From NCBI GenBank assembly GCA_021801765.1, contig JAJYXO010000029.1, forward strand, positions 1 through 45,435: 45,435 bases of DNA, in the 5' to 3' direction. The notes beneath the pieces are model-generated. The model saw only the letters and a program-made list of their open reading frames with translations. It made no database searches and had not been told where the DNA came from. Origin of the DNA: Candidatus Micrarchaeota archaeon (GTDB taxonomy: Archaea; Micrarchaeota; Micrarchaeia; Micrarchaeales; CABMGC01). The translations under genes and the position numbers were made by a program. How positions within the stretch are numbered: position 1 is the stretch's first letter; each line of letters opens with the position of its first letter. Positions 25,039 through 34,567 of this stretch are shown here, piece after piece.

Positions 25039-27812
25039 CTTCCCCCCTTAAGCATCTTATTCAGCACGTAGTTAAGTATCCCTCCGTGTTTATAGTACTC
25101 AACTTCAAGCTCCGAGTCTAGCCTTACTGCCACCTCAGCCCTGGCGATCCTTCCGCCCTTCTTTCTGAAAATCATCCTTGCAGGCATATTTGGCCTTATG
25201 GCCCCGTCGAGTTCTATCGAGATCTCGCCTGAAGGGTCGATTGCCAGTTCATCAGCGCCGTCTCCTTCGGCGAACTGCAGAGGAAGTATGCCCATACCTA
25301 TGAGGTTAGACCTATGTATCCTCTCAAAGCTCTTGGCGATGATCGCCTTGACTCCAAGCAACATGGGCCCTTTAGCTGCCCAATCTCTGGAGCTGCCTGA
25401 TCCATACTCCTTTCCTGCAATGACAATAAGGCTTACGCGCTCTCTCTTGTATTTCATTGCCGCATCAAATATGCTCATCTTCGCTCCATCTGTGAAATGC
25501 AGCGTGTATCCACCTTCATCCTCCACTATCATGTTCCTTATCCTGTCGTTTGCGAATGTTCCTCTCATCATAATTTCGTGGTTCCCTCTCCTTGATCCAT
25601 AAGTATTGAAATCTTGTTCTCTGACACCATGCTCTTTAAGATATCTGCCTGCAGGGCTCTTCGGGCTTATCTCTCCAGCAGGCGATATATGGTCTGTAGA
25701 GACAGAATCTCCAAAAACTGCAAGAACGCGTGCGCCTCTTATACCGCTATTTGGGATAAACATTGCTCCTTCAGAGAAGAACGGAGGCCTGCGTATATAA
25801 CTGCTATCTTTATCCCACGAATAGAGACTGCTTGCATTCCCCTTCAATGCATTCCAATATTTATTTACCTTAAAAATCCCTTCTCCATACTCCTTCCTGA
25901 AGAGATCCTTCTTGACCACCTTGCTTATCACTTCGTCTATCTCCTTCTTCCTAGGCCAGATATCCTTCAAATAAACCTCTTTTTCACCCTTGCCAACGCC
26001 TAGTGGCTCTTTTGTAAGGTCCTTTAGCACTGTGCCTGCTATTGCAAAGGCTATCAGCAGAGGAGGAGACATAAGATAGTTTGCCCTTATATCCTTGTGT
26101 ATCCTTGCTTGGTAATTCCTGTTCCCAGAAAGCACCGCTGCAACTGCGAGGCCATTGTTGTTTATTGCATCGCTCTGCCCTTCTATCAAAGGCCCGCTAT
26201 TTCCTATGCATGTTATGCATCCGTATCCTACAAGGTTATATCCTAACCTAGAGAGCGGCTCTATAAGCTTGGCAGCCTCTAGATATCTTGTCACAACTCT
26301 AGACCCCGGCCCAAGGCTTGTTTTCACCTTCCCATTGTCTACGCGCAGCCCTAATTCAACTGCTTTTTTCGCCAGCAATCCTGCTGCTATCATTACCGAA
26401 GGGTTGCTCGTGTTTGTGCAGCTGGTTATCGAAGAGATTACCACGTCGCCGTCAGAGAGAGTCCTTATCTCTCCTCTTCCACTCTTCAATTTCACGCTCT
26501 TTATTTTGTTGTGCTTAAGAGAACCCTTTATTTTGCCATCATCTGCTGCCATGCTTTCTGATGCCCACCTCACATAGTCGGAGCTACTTATCTTGCCTTC
26601 TCCTTTTCCTTCTCCTATAAACTCATCGATGAAATTGCCCCTTATCTCTTCAAGCGGTATCCTCTGTTTAGGCTGGCTTGGCCCTGAAACGCTGGCTCTG
26701 ACACTCTCCAAATCAATCTCCATGGTATCGCTAAAGTCGACCTTGTCATATCTTATCTTCATCATTCCTTGCAGGCTGTAATATCTCTTTACAAGCTCTA
26801 TCTGCTCCTTCGGCCTGCATGTTAAATTCATATACCTCAAAGTCTCTTCATCAATAGGAAATATCGCTACTGTGGCTCCGTATTCAGGGCACATGTTAGA
26901 AAGTGTTGCCCTGTCCGGGAGGCTCAATGATTTCACTCCCTCTCCAAAGAATTCGACGAACATGTTTACTACGCCTTTCTCCCTCAGCATTCTTGTAAGC
27001 GTCAATGCAAAATCCGTTGCCGTAACTCCTTCCCTGAGCTCTCCCTCCAGTTTCACTCCAAGAACCCTGGGAGTGACAAATGGCACAGGCTGGTTAAGCA
27101 ACGCAGCCTCAGCTTCGATTCCTCCTACCCCGAAGCCGAGAACTCCAAGCGCATTAACCATTGTTGTATGTGAATCTGTCCCTACTAGCGTATCAGGGAA
27201 CGCTGTAAGCCCGTCTTTTGTTTTCCTCAAAACCACGACTTTCGCCAAATATTCTAGGTTTATCTGGTGGCAGATGCCCGCCGAAGGAGGAAAGACCCTG
27301 AAATTCTTCATGCTGCCGCTAGCCCACTTCAGTAGCGAGTATCTCTCATTGTTCCTTGAGATCTCCCTCGCTTGGTTAATCGCAATGGAATCTGCAGATC
27401 CGAATGAATCTACCTGCACAGAATGATCTATTATCAAGTCTACTGGCACAACAGGTTCTATTAGCTCTGCTGAACCACCTCTCTCAACAATCTCATTCCT
27501 CATTGCAGCTAGATCCACTATCGCAGGCACTCCTGTGAAATCCTGCATAAGTATCCTGGAAACTTTGAACGGGATTTCTCTCTCCTTAGGGTTTTTTGCA
27601 TTCCACCCTGCAAGCTCTATTGCATCAGCCTCAACGATTCCCTCCTCGCCTATGTTCCTGATCAACGATTCTAATACTACTCGAATTGAGAATGGCAACC
27701 TTGAGGCATCAATGCCCAATCTCCTCAGCTTAGGAAGAGAATAATACTTGATTTTCTTTCCGCCAAGCGAGAAGCTTGATGAACTGTAGCTGAAGATCTC
27801 AGAATCTCCCAT
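25035..27812 (-). CDS. acnA: Aconitate hydratase A (monomeric, about 925 aa AcnA/IRP type)
   Basis: Full-length match to the AcnA pattern: YYSLPKL, DHSVQVD, TDSHTTM, and cluster cysteines in ITSCTNTSNP and YGCITCIGNSG. The swivel domain is at the C-terminus. Confidence 0.92.
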   Translation of the reverse strand: MGDSEIFSYSSSSFSLGGKKIKYYSLPKLRRLGIDASRLPFSIRVVLESLIRNIGEEGIVEADAIELAGWNAKNPKEREIPFKVSRILMQDFTGVPAIVDLAAMRNEIVERGGSAELIEPVVPVDLIIDHSVQVDSFGSADSIAINQAREISRNNERYSLLKWASGSMKNFRVFPPSAGICHQINLEYLAKVVVLRKTKDGLTAFPDTLVGTDSHTTMVNALGVLGFGVGGIEAEAALLNQPVPFVTPRVLGVKLEGELREGVTATDFALTLTRMLREKGVVNMFVEFFGEGVKSLSLPDRATLSNMCPEYGATVAIFPIDEETLRYMNLTCRPKEQIELVKRYYSLQGMMKIRYDKVDFSDTMEIDLESVRASVSGPSQPKQRIPLEEIRGNFIDEFIGEGKGEGKISSSDYVRWASESMAADDGKIKGSLKHNKIKSVKLKSGRGEIRTLSDGDVVISSITSCTNTSNPSVMIAAGLLAKKAVELGLRVDNGKVKTSLGPGSRVVTRYLEAAKLIEPLSRLGYNLVGYGCITCIGNSGPLIEGQSDAINNNGLAVAAVLSGNRNYQARIHKDIRANYLMSPPLLIAFAIAGTVLKDLTKEPLGVGKGEKEVYLKDIWPRKKEIDEVISKVVKKDLFRKEYGEGIFKVNKYWNALKGNASSLYSWDKDSSYIRRPPFFSEGAMFIPNSGIRGARVLAVFGDSVSTDHISPAGEISPKSPAGRYLKEHGVREQDFNTYGSRRGNHEIMMRGTFANDRIRNMIVEDEGGYTLHFTDGAKMSIFDAAMKYKRERVSLIVIAGKEYGSGSSRDWAAKGPMLLGVKAIIAKSFERIHRSNLIGMGILPLQFAEGDGADELAIDPSGEISIELDGAIRPNMPARMIFRKKGGRIARAEVAVRLDSELEVEYYKHGGILNYVLNKMLKGGR

Positions 27813-27864
27813 AAACAGAGAATGAACTGTAAAATTCTTAAGCGTATACTTGGAATGTAATCAT

Positions 27865-28908
27865 ATGAGATATCTGCTCACCTGTACTAGATGCTCCTCT
27901 AAATACCCTAAATCATACAACAGCCAGCTATGCAGATGCGGTGGAATACTTGAGGTCAGGTACAAAAAGGTAAAACTTCCGGAGAAAGGCGAGGAGTTCT
28001 GGGATTTCGAAGGGGCTCTTCCTGATGGCAAATACCTGAAATACGAGCTAGGCGGCACCAAGCTTATAGAAGCCATGGAGAAAGGCCTCTATCTAAAACT
28101 TGAAACCGGCAACCCTACCTGCTCATTTAAGGACAGGGGATCTGCGATAGAGGTGGCGAAGGCTGCAGAGTACGGATACAGGGAGGTAGTTTGTGCATCT
28201 ACGGGAAACATGGCATATTCAATAGCATACTACGCGAGGCTCTATAATCTGCATGCTAAAGTCTTCATAAGCAAGGGGGCAAATAGAGACAAGCTCGCAA
28301 ACATACTTAGCACACATCGCGCTGAACTAATGATTGTTAATGGCGATTTCACCAAGGCGCAGGCTCTCGCGGAGCTATACGCAGAAAAACATGCGGCATT
28401 CCTTGCTGGCGACTATTGCTACAGGAAGGAGGGCCAGAAGACTGTCTGCCATGAAATCTTGGCCAAGCTTCCCGAGGTTAAGAACATCATAGTGCCTGTG
28501 GGAAACGCAACGCTCATAAGCGGCGTATTCAAGGCGCTGGCTGAGGCAAAAACGGCAGGCAGAATAAGGTCATTGCCTTATATAATAGGTGTGCAGTCCA
28601 CCAGATGCATGCCTCTGGTAAGGGCGTTTCGCAGAGGCAAAGGCATCAAATACGAGAAACCTGCGACCAAAGCCGATGCGATAGCCGTGGGCTACCCTAC
28701 CTTCGGTGAGCAGGCAATTGATGCTATAAGTAAGACAAAAGGCTCGATGGTCTCAGTCAGCGACAGCGAGATGGCAGCTGAGCAGCTCAGATTTATGGAA
28801 GACTATGGATTAGTTGCCGAACTCGCCGGCGTTGCGAGCCTTGCGGCTTTCAAAAAGTTCAAGCCCAGAGGAACAACTGTTGCAATAATAAGCGGCGGAA
28901 ACGTATAG
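27865..28908 (+). CDS. thrC: Threonine synthase-like PLP enzyme with N-terminal zinc ribbon
   Basis: CTRCSSKY...CRCGG ribbon, PLP-lysine motif PTCSFKDRG, and a Gly-rich loop. ATG 27865 is preferred to TTG 27850. Confidence 0.7.
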   Translation: MRYLLTCTRCSSKYPKSYNSQLCRCGGILEVRYKKVKLPEKGEEFWDFEGALPDGKYLKYELGGTKLIEAMEKGLYLKLETGNPTCSFKDRGSAIEVAKAAEYGYREVVCASTGNMAYSIAYYARLYNLHAKVFISKGANRDKLANILSTHRAELMIVNGDFTKAQALAELYAEKHAAFLAGDYCYRKEGQKTVCHEILAKLPEVKNIIVPVGNATLISGVFKALAEAKTAGRIRSLPYIIGVQSTRCMPLVRAFRRGKGIKYEKPATKADAIAVGYPTFGEQAIDAISKTKGSMVSVSDSEMAAEQLRFMEDYGLVAELAGVASLAAFKKFKPRGTTVAIISGGNV

Positions 28909-28966
28909 AAAATGCCATGAGAATGCAATATATATCTTTTCAAACCTTATCTCAATCGATGCCTGT

Positions 28967-30046
28967 ATGGAAGATGTAGTATACACTGCCAGAGGAACCC
29001 CAAACATAGCGCTTATAAAATACTGGGGAAAGAGGGACGAAGGCCTTATACTTCCAAAAAACTCATCCATAAGCCTAACTCTAGATGGAAACGCCGAAAC
29101 GGTAGTGGGGAAGGCATTTAAACTCTATACAACTACAAGCGTAGTCTTCTCACACAAGATAAATGCTGATTTCATTTACATAGACGGCGAACTGCAGGAC
29201 CTCAGCAACAAGGCAGTGCGCGATAGGTTTGCTATAATAGACATCTTGAGAGGAATTGCAAAAACAAACGCGCATGCGATGGTTGTAAGCAAAAACTCGT
29301 TCCCTACGGCAAGCGGCTTGGCATCAAGTGCATCCGGCATCGCTACGCTGGCATACATTGCTTCAAATGCGCTGGATCTAAAGCTTTCTGAGAGGGAGCT
29401 ATCCATACTGGCAAGGCGTGGCTCCGGCAGTGCGTGCAGGAGCATAATGGGGGGCATAGTGAAATGGGAGAAAGGAGAGGCCAAAGACGGCTCAGACTCA
29501 TTCGCAAGGCAACTATACACGCACGATTATTGGCCTGAGCTGCTGGATCTCATAGCCATAGTTTCAGAGGACAAGAAAAAGGTGGCATCAAGAGCAGGAA
29601 TGGCGCAGACGGTGGCTACAAGCGATCTATACAGAAAGCGGCTGGAGATTGTCGATGGATATGCCGCACAGCTTGAAAAGGCAATAGAGAAGAAGGATAT
29701 GGATGTTATGGCTGAAATAATAATGAAAGAAAGCAATAGCATGCATGCTGTGATGCTAGACACTTCTCCTCCTATAATGTACCTCAATGACATCTCCAGG
29801 GAGATAATAAACGCAGTGCACGAGATAAACACAGCGTCAGGAAAGAGAATATGTGCCTATACATTCGATGCAGGCCCGAGCCCGCACATAATAACAACTG
29901 AGCATGAGAAGGAGAGAATTGTGGACAGATTGCTCAAAGTGGAGGGGCTGCAAAGCCTTCTCCTCACAAAAATGGGAAAAGGGCCAGAAATGTTGCAGGA
30001 ATCCGACGCACTGATAGATAAGAGCTTTGCGCCAATGTTAAAATGA
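28967..30046 (+). CDS. Diphosphomevalonate decarboxylase-family (GHMP) enzyme; exact mevalonate-phosphate substrate undetermined
   Basis: ARGTPNIALIKYWGKRDE..LPKNSSISLTLD, PTASGLASSASG and RGSGSACRS. Confidence 0.8.
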   Translation: MEDVVYTARGTPNIALIKYWGKRDEGLILPKNSSISLTLDGNAETVVGKAFKLYTTTSVVFSHKINADFIYIDGELQDLSNKAVRDRFAIIDILRGIAKTNAHAMVVSKNSFPTASGLASSASGIATLAYIASNALDLKLSERELSILARRGSGSACRSIMGGIVKWEKGEAKDGSDSFARQLYTHDYWPELLDLIAIVSEDKKKVASRAGMAQTVATSDLYRKRLEIVDGYAAQLEKAIEKKDMDVMAEIIMKESNSMHAVMLDTSPPIMYLNDISREIINAVHEINTASGKRICAYTFDAGPSPHIITTEHEKERIVDRLLKVEGLQSLLLTKMGKGPEMLQESDALIDKSFAPMLK

Positions 30047-30108
30047 GCGTACGATCTCAATTAGCGCTATTTGCCGATTAGCCTGAATAGGATGCCAGCG
30101 AAACGCAA

Positions 30109-30180
30109 AGCCTCCGGCGAGGATTGAACTCGCGACCTCCTGCTTACCATGCAGGCGCTCTACCACTGAGCTACAGAGGC
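30109..30180 (-). tRNA. tRNA-Thr(GGU)
   Basis: Reverse complement: GCCTCTG TA GCTC AGTGGTA GAGC G CCTGC ATGGTAA GCAGG AGGTC GCGAG TTCAATC CTCGC CGGAGGC T. No CCA encoded. Confidence 0.85.
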
Positions 30181-30253
30181 ACAGATAGAGTTTGCAGCCA
30201 TATTTATAAATTCCTAACTGAGGCATTTCTGCGCTGCTCTCTGCGGTGTCATA

Positions 30254-31372
30254 TTACCTTATTAGTCTTCCGTAAACCTCTCTTGTCTTGGATATCGAGA
30301 AGAGGCCAAGATTGGCTGTATTCTTGATATATTTTTCTTTATTACTGCTGTTTATTATCTCAAGGATCTTATCTGCAAGCTTTTTTTCATCCGCAACTAC
30401 GCACATCTCTCTTACCTCTTTTGGCATCTCATTGTAATTGGGAAGTACTACTGGTGTCCCCAATGCCACACTCTCAATTGCTACTATCCCCAGCCCTTCT
30501 CTCTCTGACATGTGCAGCATCGCTGCGGATCTCGCTATCTCTCTGTACAAATCCTCTTTCTTGCTGTAGAAGTGCCTAATTATCAGCGCCTTCCCTAATC
30601 CAAGCCTCTTAATATCCCTTCTTATACTTGCCTCTTCAACTCCTTCGCCTATTAATAGCCCTTTTACGCTTGGATCCTTTTTATGGGCCTCAGCGAATAT
30701 CTCCAGCCATTTGTCTACCCTTTTTTCCTTTATGAATCTGCTTGAGAATATTATTCTTCTCTCCTTCCTCTCTCCCGATTCCCTTCTTATCCTGCCTATA
30801 AGCCTATCGTCTATAACCGGAGAGAATATGCGTATGTTGCCTCTCGGAATGCCTCTTTTTTGCAGCAGCGCAGCAGTACTGCTAGATATGGCAACATATT
30901 TTGACTCTGGTTTCATTGCAAATCCAGAATACCTGTGTGCAGCCTCTCCTTTTATCTTTCCCATATATTTCTTCCAGTATTCTCTCCTCCATACTTCTGC
31001 TATGTTTATCACTAGCTTGCAGCCATTCATCCTGCAGTAGAGGCGTACTGTGGGCAGATGCAGAAAAGGAAATGCGTCAGTTATAACCGCATCGAATTTG
31101 AACCTAAAAAGGTTTATTGCAGACATTGCAAAGATGCTTGCCTCCTTTATGGATCTCCTCCCGCCCCTATAAGCTGTTTTCTCATCCATTCTTGCATATG
31201 CGTGATAATGTATTCCATTATGTACAAACTCCTTCTCCATGCCTGGCCACCTCAGTGTGAGGAAATGTACTTCGTTTGATTTTGCAAGCTCGGCTGCCTC
31301 GTTCATCATCAACTGCTCTATGCCTCCCTTGTGCCATGGATAAGGCATGTCATAGAGAAATCCTATCTTCAT
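30254..31372 (-). CDS. Glycosyltransferase family 4 (GT-B, group 1)
   Basis: C-terminal E..G....E motif region (SEREGLGIVAIESVALGTPVV). Start trimmed to MKIGFLYD (31372) because a TTTATAAT box lies at about 31396-31403, 24-31 nt upstream. Confidence 0.75.
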   Translation of the reverse strand: MKIGFLYDMPYPWHKGGIEQLMMNEAAELAKSNEVHFLTLRWPGMEKEFVHNGIHYHAYARMDEKTAYRGGRRSIKEASIFAMSAINLFRFKFDAVITDAFPFLHLPTVRLYCRMNGCKLVINIAEVWRREYWKKYMGKIKGEAAHRYSGFAMKPESKYVAISSSTAALLQKRGIPRGNIRIFSPVIDDRLIGRIRRESGERKERRIIFSSRFIKEKRVDKWLEIFAEAHKKDPSVKGLLIGEGVEEASIRRDIKRLGLGKALIIRHFYSKKEDLYREIARSAAMLHMSEREGLGIVAIESVALGTPVVLPNYNEMPKEVREMCVVADEKKLADKILEIINSSNKEKYIKNTANLGLFSISKTREVYGRLIR

Positions 31373-31424
31373 AAAATGATTTACGCCATAGGACATTATA
31401 AAGATGTAAGGAAGGAACTAGGGG

Positions 31425-32204
31425 TCACCCGCTCTTACTCTTGTACGGGTCGTATTTACGATTTTCTACAAGAATCATTACCCCCTCAACCTTACTCAGA
31501 TAGCTCTCTGTGCTCTCCCTAGTGAAGTATCCTGCCTCTCTCATTCTTTCCACTATCTGCCTTGGATCGATCATGCCTGCAGCTCCAGCTTTCATCATCA
31601 CATGCACATATGCGTCTCCGAATTCCGCCAGGCTGCTGAACCTCTTGAGCACAAATGCCCTCCCTTGTCCTCCTTCATACCCCAGATTTGCGAGATTGTT
31701 GAATTCTATATTCCTATTACTATCTGTAGATAGCTTCCCTATCTCCATAAGCCAGTCTGAAATTACGAATTTGAATGGTATATTAAGTCTTTCTGAAACA
31801 ACTCTGGCCTCCTTTATTACCTCTTCAAGATATGCCTTGCTAAGCATGGGTGATGGGCTCTTTCCCTCGTACTTCAAATCCACCAATATATTTGCATACA
31901 TTCCAGAGGCAAGCTTCTCATTGCGTAGCCCAGCATCGGAAGGCGCATCTTTCCTCAAGGCTTTCTCCAGGGCAGCAGGAGCTATCCTTTCAATTGCAGC
32001 TTGTTTCACCTTCGGCGCCGCGTGCTCCCTAATCCGTGGCGCTATATGTGTATTCACCATATCCGCACTTAGTATTATGCCTGCGATTATCGCTGCATTT
32101 CTTGCTGCCTTATAAGGATTAAACCTCCTACCTCTGAGAGCTGCTGAGGTATATTGCATCATGGCATTACTGGCTCTGATCTCTCTGTTTGCAATTCTCT
32201 CCAT
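31425..32204 (-). CDS. Hypothetical protein with GH73/FlgJ-like (N-acetylglucosaminidase) C-terminal pattern
   Basis: LNIPFKFVISDWLMEIGKLS...NNLANLGY...FVLKRFSSLAEFGDAYVHVM...EAGYFTRESTESYLSKV parallels the GH73 consensus (gIP...aaLESGwG...NNlFGik...Fr.Y.s..es..dy..ll...GYATdp.Ya.kl). This is pattern-level only. Confidence 0.45.
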   Translation of the reverse strand: MERIANREIRASNAMMQYTSAALRGRRFNPYKAARNAAIIAGIILSADMVNTHIAPRIREHAAPKVKQAAIERIAPAALEKALRKDAPSDAGLRNEKLASGMYANILVDLKYEGKSPSPMLSKAYLEEVIKEARVVSERLNIPFKFVISDWLMEIGKLSTDSNRNIEFNNLANLGYEGGQGRAFVLKRFSSLAEFGDAYVHVMMKAGAAGMIDPRQIVERMREAGYFTRESTESYLSKVEGVMILVENRKYDPYKSKSG

Positions 32205-32382
32205 AGGGTAACCTGCAGAAATTGATAGGGTTGTATCTATTCTCTTGTTTCTGGTATTTAAATATTGACCTTTGCTAGTTCTGCAGTCAAGGGCCGAATT
32301 AAACTACAAAGCTCCTTTACTGCGTTTCAGAAATCAAGAACTGCCATGGCTAACAAATAACGCCAACCAAACCTGTAATGCA

Positions 32383-32745
32383 TTACCTCACAAGGAAATT
32401 TGCCAGTATAGATCTCACTACTCTGTTGCCATTCCGTGAAACTATGCCTCTCCTCAGCTTTTCCCTTGATCTTGGCCTCATCGCACTGTAGCAAGATGTA
32501 CAGAGGTATCTCCTCTGAAGTATGCCAGAGCTTACATACATGTCCCTATCAAGTACGTATCTCGGCGGCATCACTCTCACATCCTTTTTTCCAAAAGGCT
32601 TGCTGCAGTTTAGGCAACTGTTCTCAATCTCCTTCAGCACGCCCCCCGCGTCTCCGTCTTTCTCAGAGGTAGCCGCTTTTCCTGCGAAAGAACGCAGGTC
32701 AGCGGCTGCCTCAGGTACCCCACCATCTTCCATCACACAATCCAC
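32383..32745 (-). CDS. Hypothetical zinc-ribbon protein
   Basis: 120 aa; CLNC...(about 40 aa)...CTSC; basic C-terminus; flanked by AT-rich spacers. Confidence 0.4.
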   Translation of the reverse strand: MDCVMEDGGVPEAAADLRSFAGKAATSEKDGDAGGVLKEIENSCLNCSKPFGKKDVRVMPPRYVLDRDMYVSSGILQRRYLCTSCYSAMRPRSREKLRRGIVSRNGNRVVRSILANFLVR

Positions 32746-32921
32746 CCCGATATAGTAAGCTGCATATTACCTATTTAAATCTTTTCTTTTATTGATTGTA
32801 ATAATTCTAATAATAGCATTGTAAAAGGCATAAATGTAGCATTTTGATACATATTCATCAAATTTTTATGAAAAAATAACATAATTTTGAAAATTACTTT
32901 CAGAGAATTTGGAAGAATTGA

Positions 32922-33028
32922 AGCCCCAGATGGGAATTGAACCCACGACCCCTTGTTTTCCAGGTTTTAGTTAAACTTTGGTTCAAAGTCCTTACGAGAC
33001 AAGTGCTCTACCACTGAGCTACTGGGGC
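32922..33028 (-). tRNA. tRNA-Thr(CGU) with an intron of about 35 nt at the canonical 37/38 position
   Basis: Reverse complement: GCCCCAG TA GCTC AGTGGTA GAGC A CTTGT CTCGTA[about 35 nt]A ACAAG GGGTC GTGGG TTCAATT CCCAT CTGGGGC T. Total 107 nt. Confidence 0.8.
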
Positions 33029-33099
33029 AACATAAGATATTTACTGGAAAGAAATATAGGTCTTCTTCGAGCGCACTCGGCATCATATGACTGAATGTA

Positions 33100-33567
33100 T
33101 TAAAACTGAGAAGCCACTTCAAATTCACTAATCCTCGTCACACAGTATGTGCACTCTATAATCATGGGACTTGAGGAGAGGACCCTGAACTCGCTCTCCG
33201 CTTCCGAATCGTTGTTGCTTATGCACCTTGTATATGTACACCTTATTGCGCCTTTTATGGTCTTTGGCAGTGAAAGAGTGTGTTTTTCTGCAACTTTGTA
33301 TTCATCTACAATGCAGATTGTAGCTTCAGGAGCTATCAGCGCTATTAGCGATGCTTCGTCTTCTCCAACTCTCCTTCCTTCAACCTTTACCATGTCTTTC
33401 CTGCCAAGCTTCCTGCTCTCAGCGTTAACCAGTATTGCAACCTTGGCACTTCCTACTCCCTTTTTCCCCAGTATTGCCAGCGCCTTAAGCCCCTTACCTG
33501 CCGGAATGTGATCTATAACTGTGCCATTCCTCATCTTGCTCACGAAGAGCTTACCTTCCTCCATCAA
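33100..33567 (-). CDS. pyrI: Aspartate carbamoyltransferase regulatory subunit
   Basis: LFVSKMRNGTVIDHIPAGKGLKALAILG plus a C-terminal Cys-pair zinc domain (CTYTRC...CTYC). Confidence 0.9.
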   Translation of the reverse strand: MMEEGKLFVSKMRNGTVIDHIPAGKGLKALAILGKKGVGSAKVAILVNAESRKLGRKDMVKVEGRRVGEDEASLIALIAPEATICIVDEYKVAEKHTLSLPKTIKGAIRCTYTRCISNNDSEAESEFRVLSSSPMIIECTYCVTRISEFEVASQF

Positions 33568-34456
33568 ACATCCTCTTAAGTATGGCCATCCTGACAGGAA
33601 CGCCGTTGTTAGCCTCTTCGAAGTACATGGCTTTCTTGCTCCTGTCCACCCTCCTATCTATCTCATCTATCCTTGGCAATGGGTGCATCAGTATTCCTTC
33701 AGGTTTCATTCTTGCAACAAGATCCTCATTGATATAATAACTTCCTTTCGCCTTCTTATACTCTGTTTCATCAGCAAACCTCTCCTTCTGTATCCTTGTC
33801 ACATAGAGCACGTCAACCTCCTCTATCACCGAATCTATATCATAGTCAATTTTTTTGCATTTAAAACCAAGTTTATCTATCACCTCGCTTCTTGCAGCGA
33901 GCTGATCCGGAGAGCTTAGGTATACAGCCTTAGGCTTGAACTGCCCAAGGGCGTAAAGGAGGCTGTTAGTCGTCCGTGAGTATCTTAAGTCTCCCATGAG
34001 GCAATACGTCAGCCCATCTATTCTACCAAACGACTCAACTATCGTGTAAAGGTCCACTATAGATTGCGTGGGGTGCTCGTTCCTGCCATCGCCGCAGTTT
34101 ATCACAGGGTTTTTAGCTACTTCTGCAGCTAACTTCGCAGCTCCATCATACCTGTGCCTGATTGCTATGCAATCTGCATATCCGTCAAGCATCCTAATGG
34201 TATCTGAGAGCGTCTCGCCTTTTGCCATAGAAGTATCTTCCTGGCTCCTGAATCCTATCACAGAGGCCCCAAGCCTCTTTGCCGCAACATCGAAGCTCGT
34301 ATACGTCCTGGTGCTAGGCTCGAAGAATGCAAGCGCAATTACTTTCCCATCAAGAATTCCCTTCCCTGCGCTTATATCTGCCTTGAAGCTTTTCGCATCA
34401 GAGAATATCTTCTCCAGATAACTCCTGCCAAGCCCAAGGGACGAAAGAATGTCCAT
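33551..34456 (-). CDS. pyrB: Aspartate carbamoyltransferase catalytic subunit
   Basis: FFEPSTRTYTSF, NEHPTQ, HPLPR. 17-nt overlap with pyrI. Confidence 0.93.
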   Translation of the reverse strand: MDILSSLGLGRSYLEKIFSDAKSFKADISAGKGILDGKVIALAFFEPSTRTYTSFDVAAKRLGASVIGFRSQEDTSMAKGETLSDTIRMLDGYADCIAIRHRYDGAAKLAAEVAKNPVINCGDGRNEHPTQSIVDLYTIVESFGRIDGLTYCLMGDLRYSRTTNSLLYALGQFKPKAVYLSSPDQLAARSEVIDKLGFKCKKIDYDIDSVIEEVDVLYVTRIQKERFADETEYKKAKGSYYINEDLVARMKPEGILMHPLPRIDEIDRRVDRSKKAMYFEEANNGVPVRMAILKRMFDGGR

Positions 34457-34567
34457 CTGACCCTAATATAACGGATGGCAAAATATTTATACGAATCATT
34501 TGGCTGCTCAAACGCGAGTCAACAATGCTTATATCTATTTTTATAACAGTATGGATAAGGTATATCG

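Noticed and set aside
25198-27426. Several 60-184-aa plus-strand ORFs opposite aconitase
   Set aside because: They are antisense shadows within a 925-aa gene with diagnostic Fe-S ligand motifs.
30038-30327. 62-aa minus-strand and 67-aa plus-strand ORFs
   Set aside because: Both overlap the tRNA-Thr(GGU) gene, and the cloverleaf explains the sequence.
31510-32115. 201-aa plus-strand ORF opposite 31425..32204
   Set aside because: The minus-strand ORF is longer, has a structured motif series (GH73-like) and fits the flanking gene orientation. The plus-strand product is Ser/Ala/Leu/Ile low-complexity.
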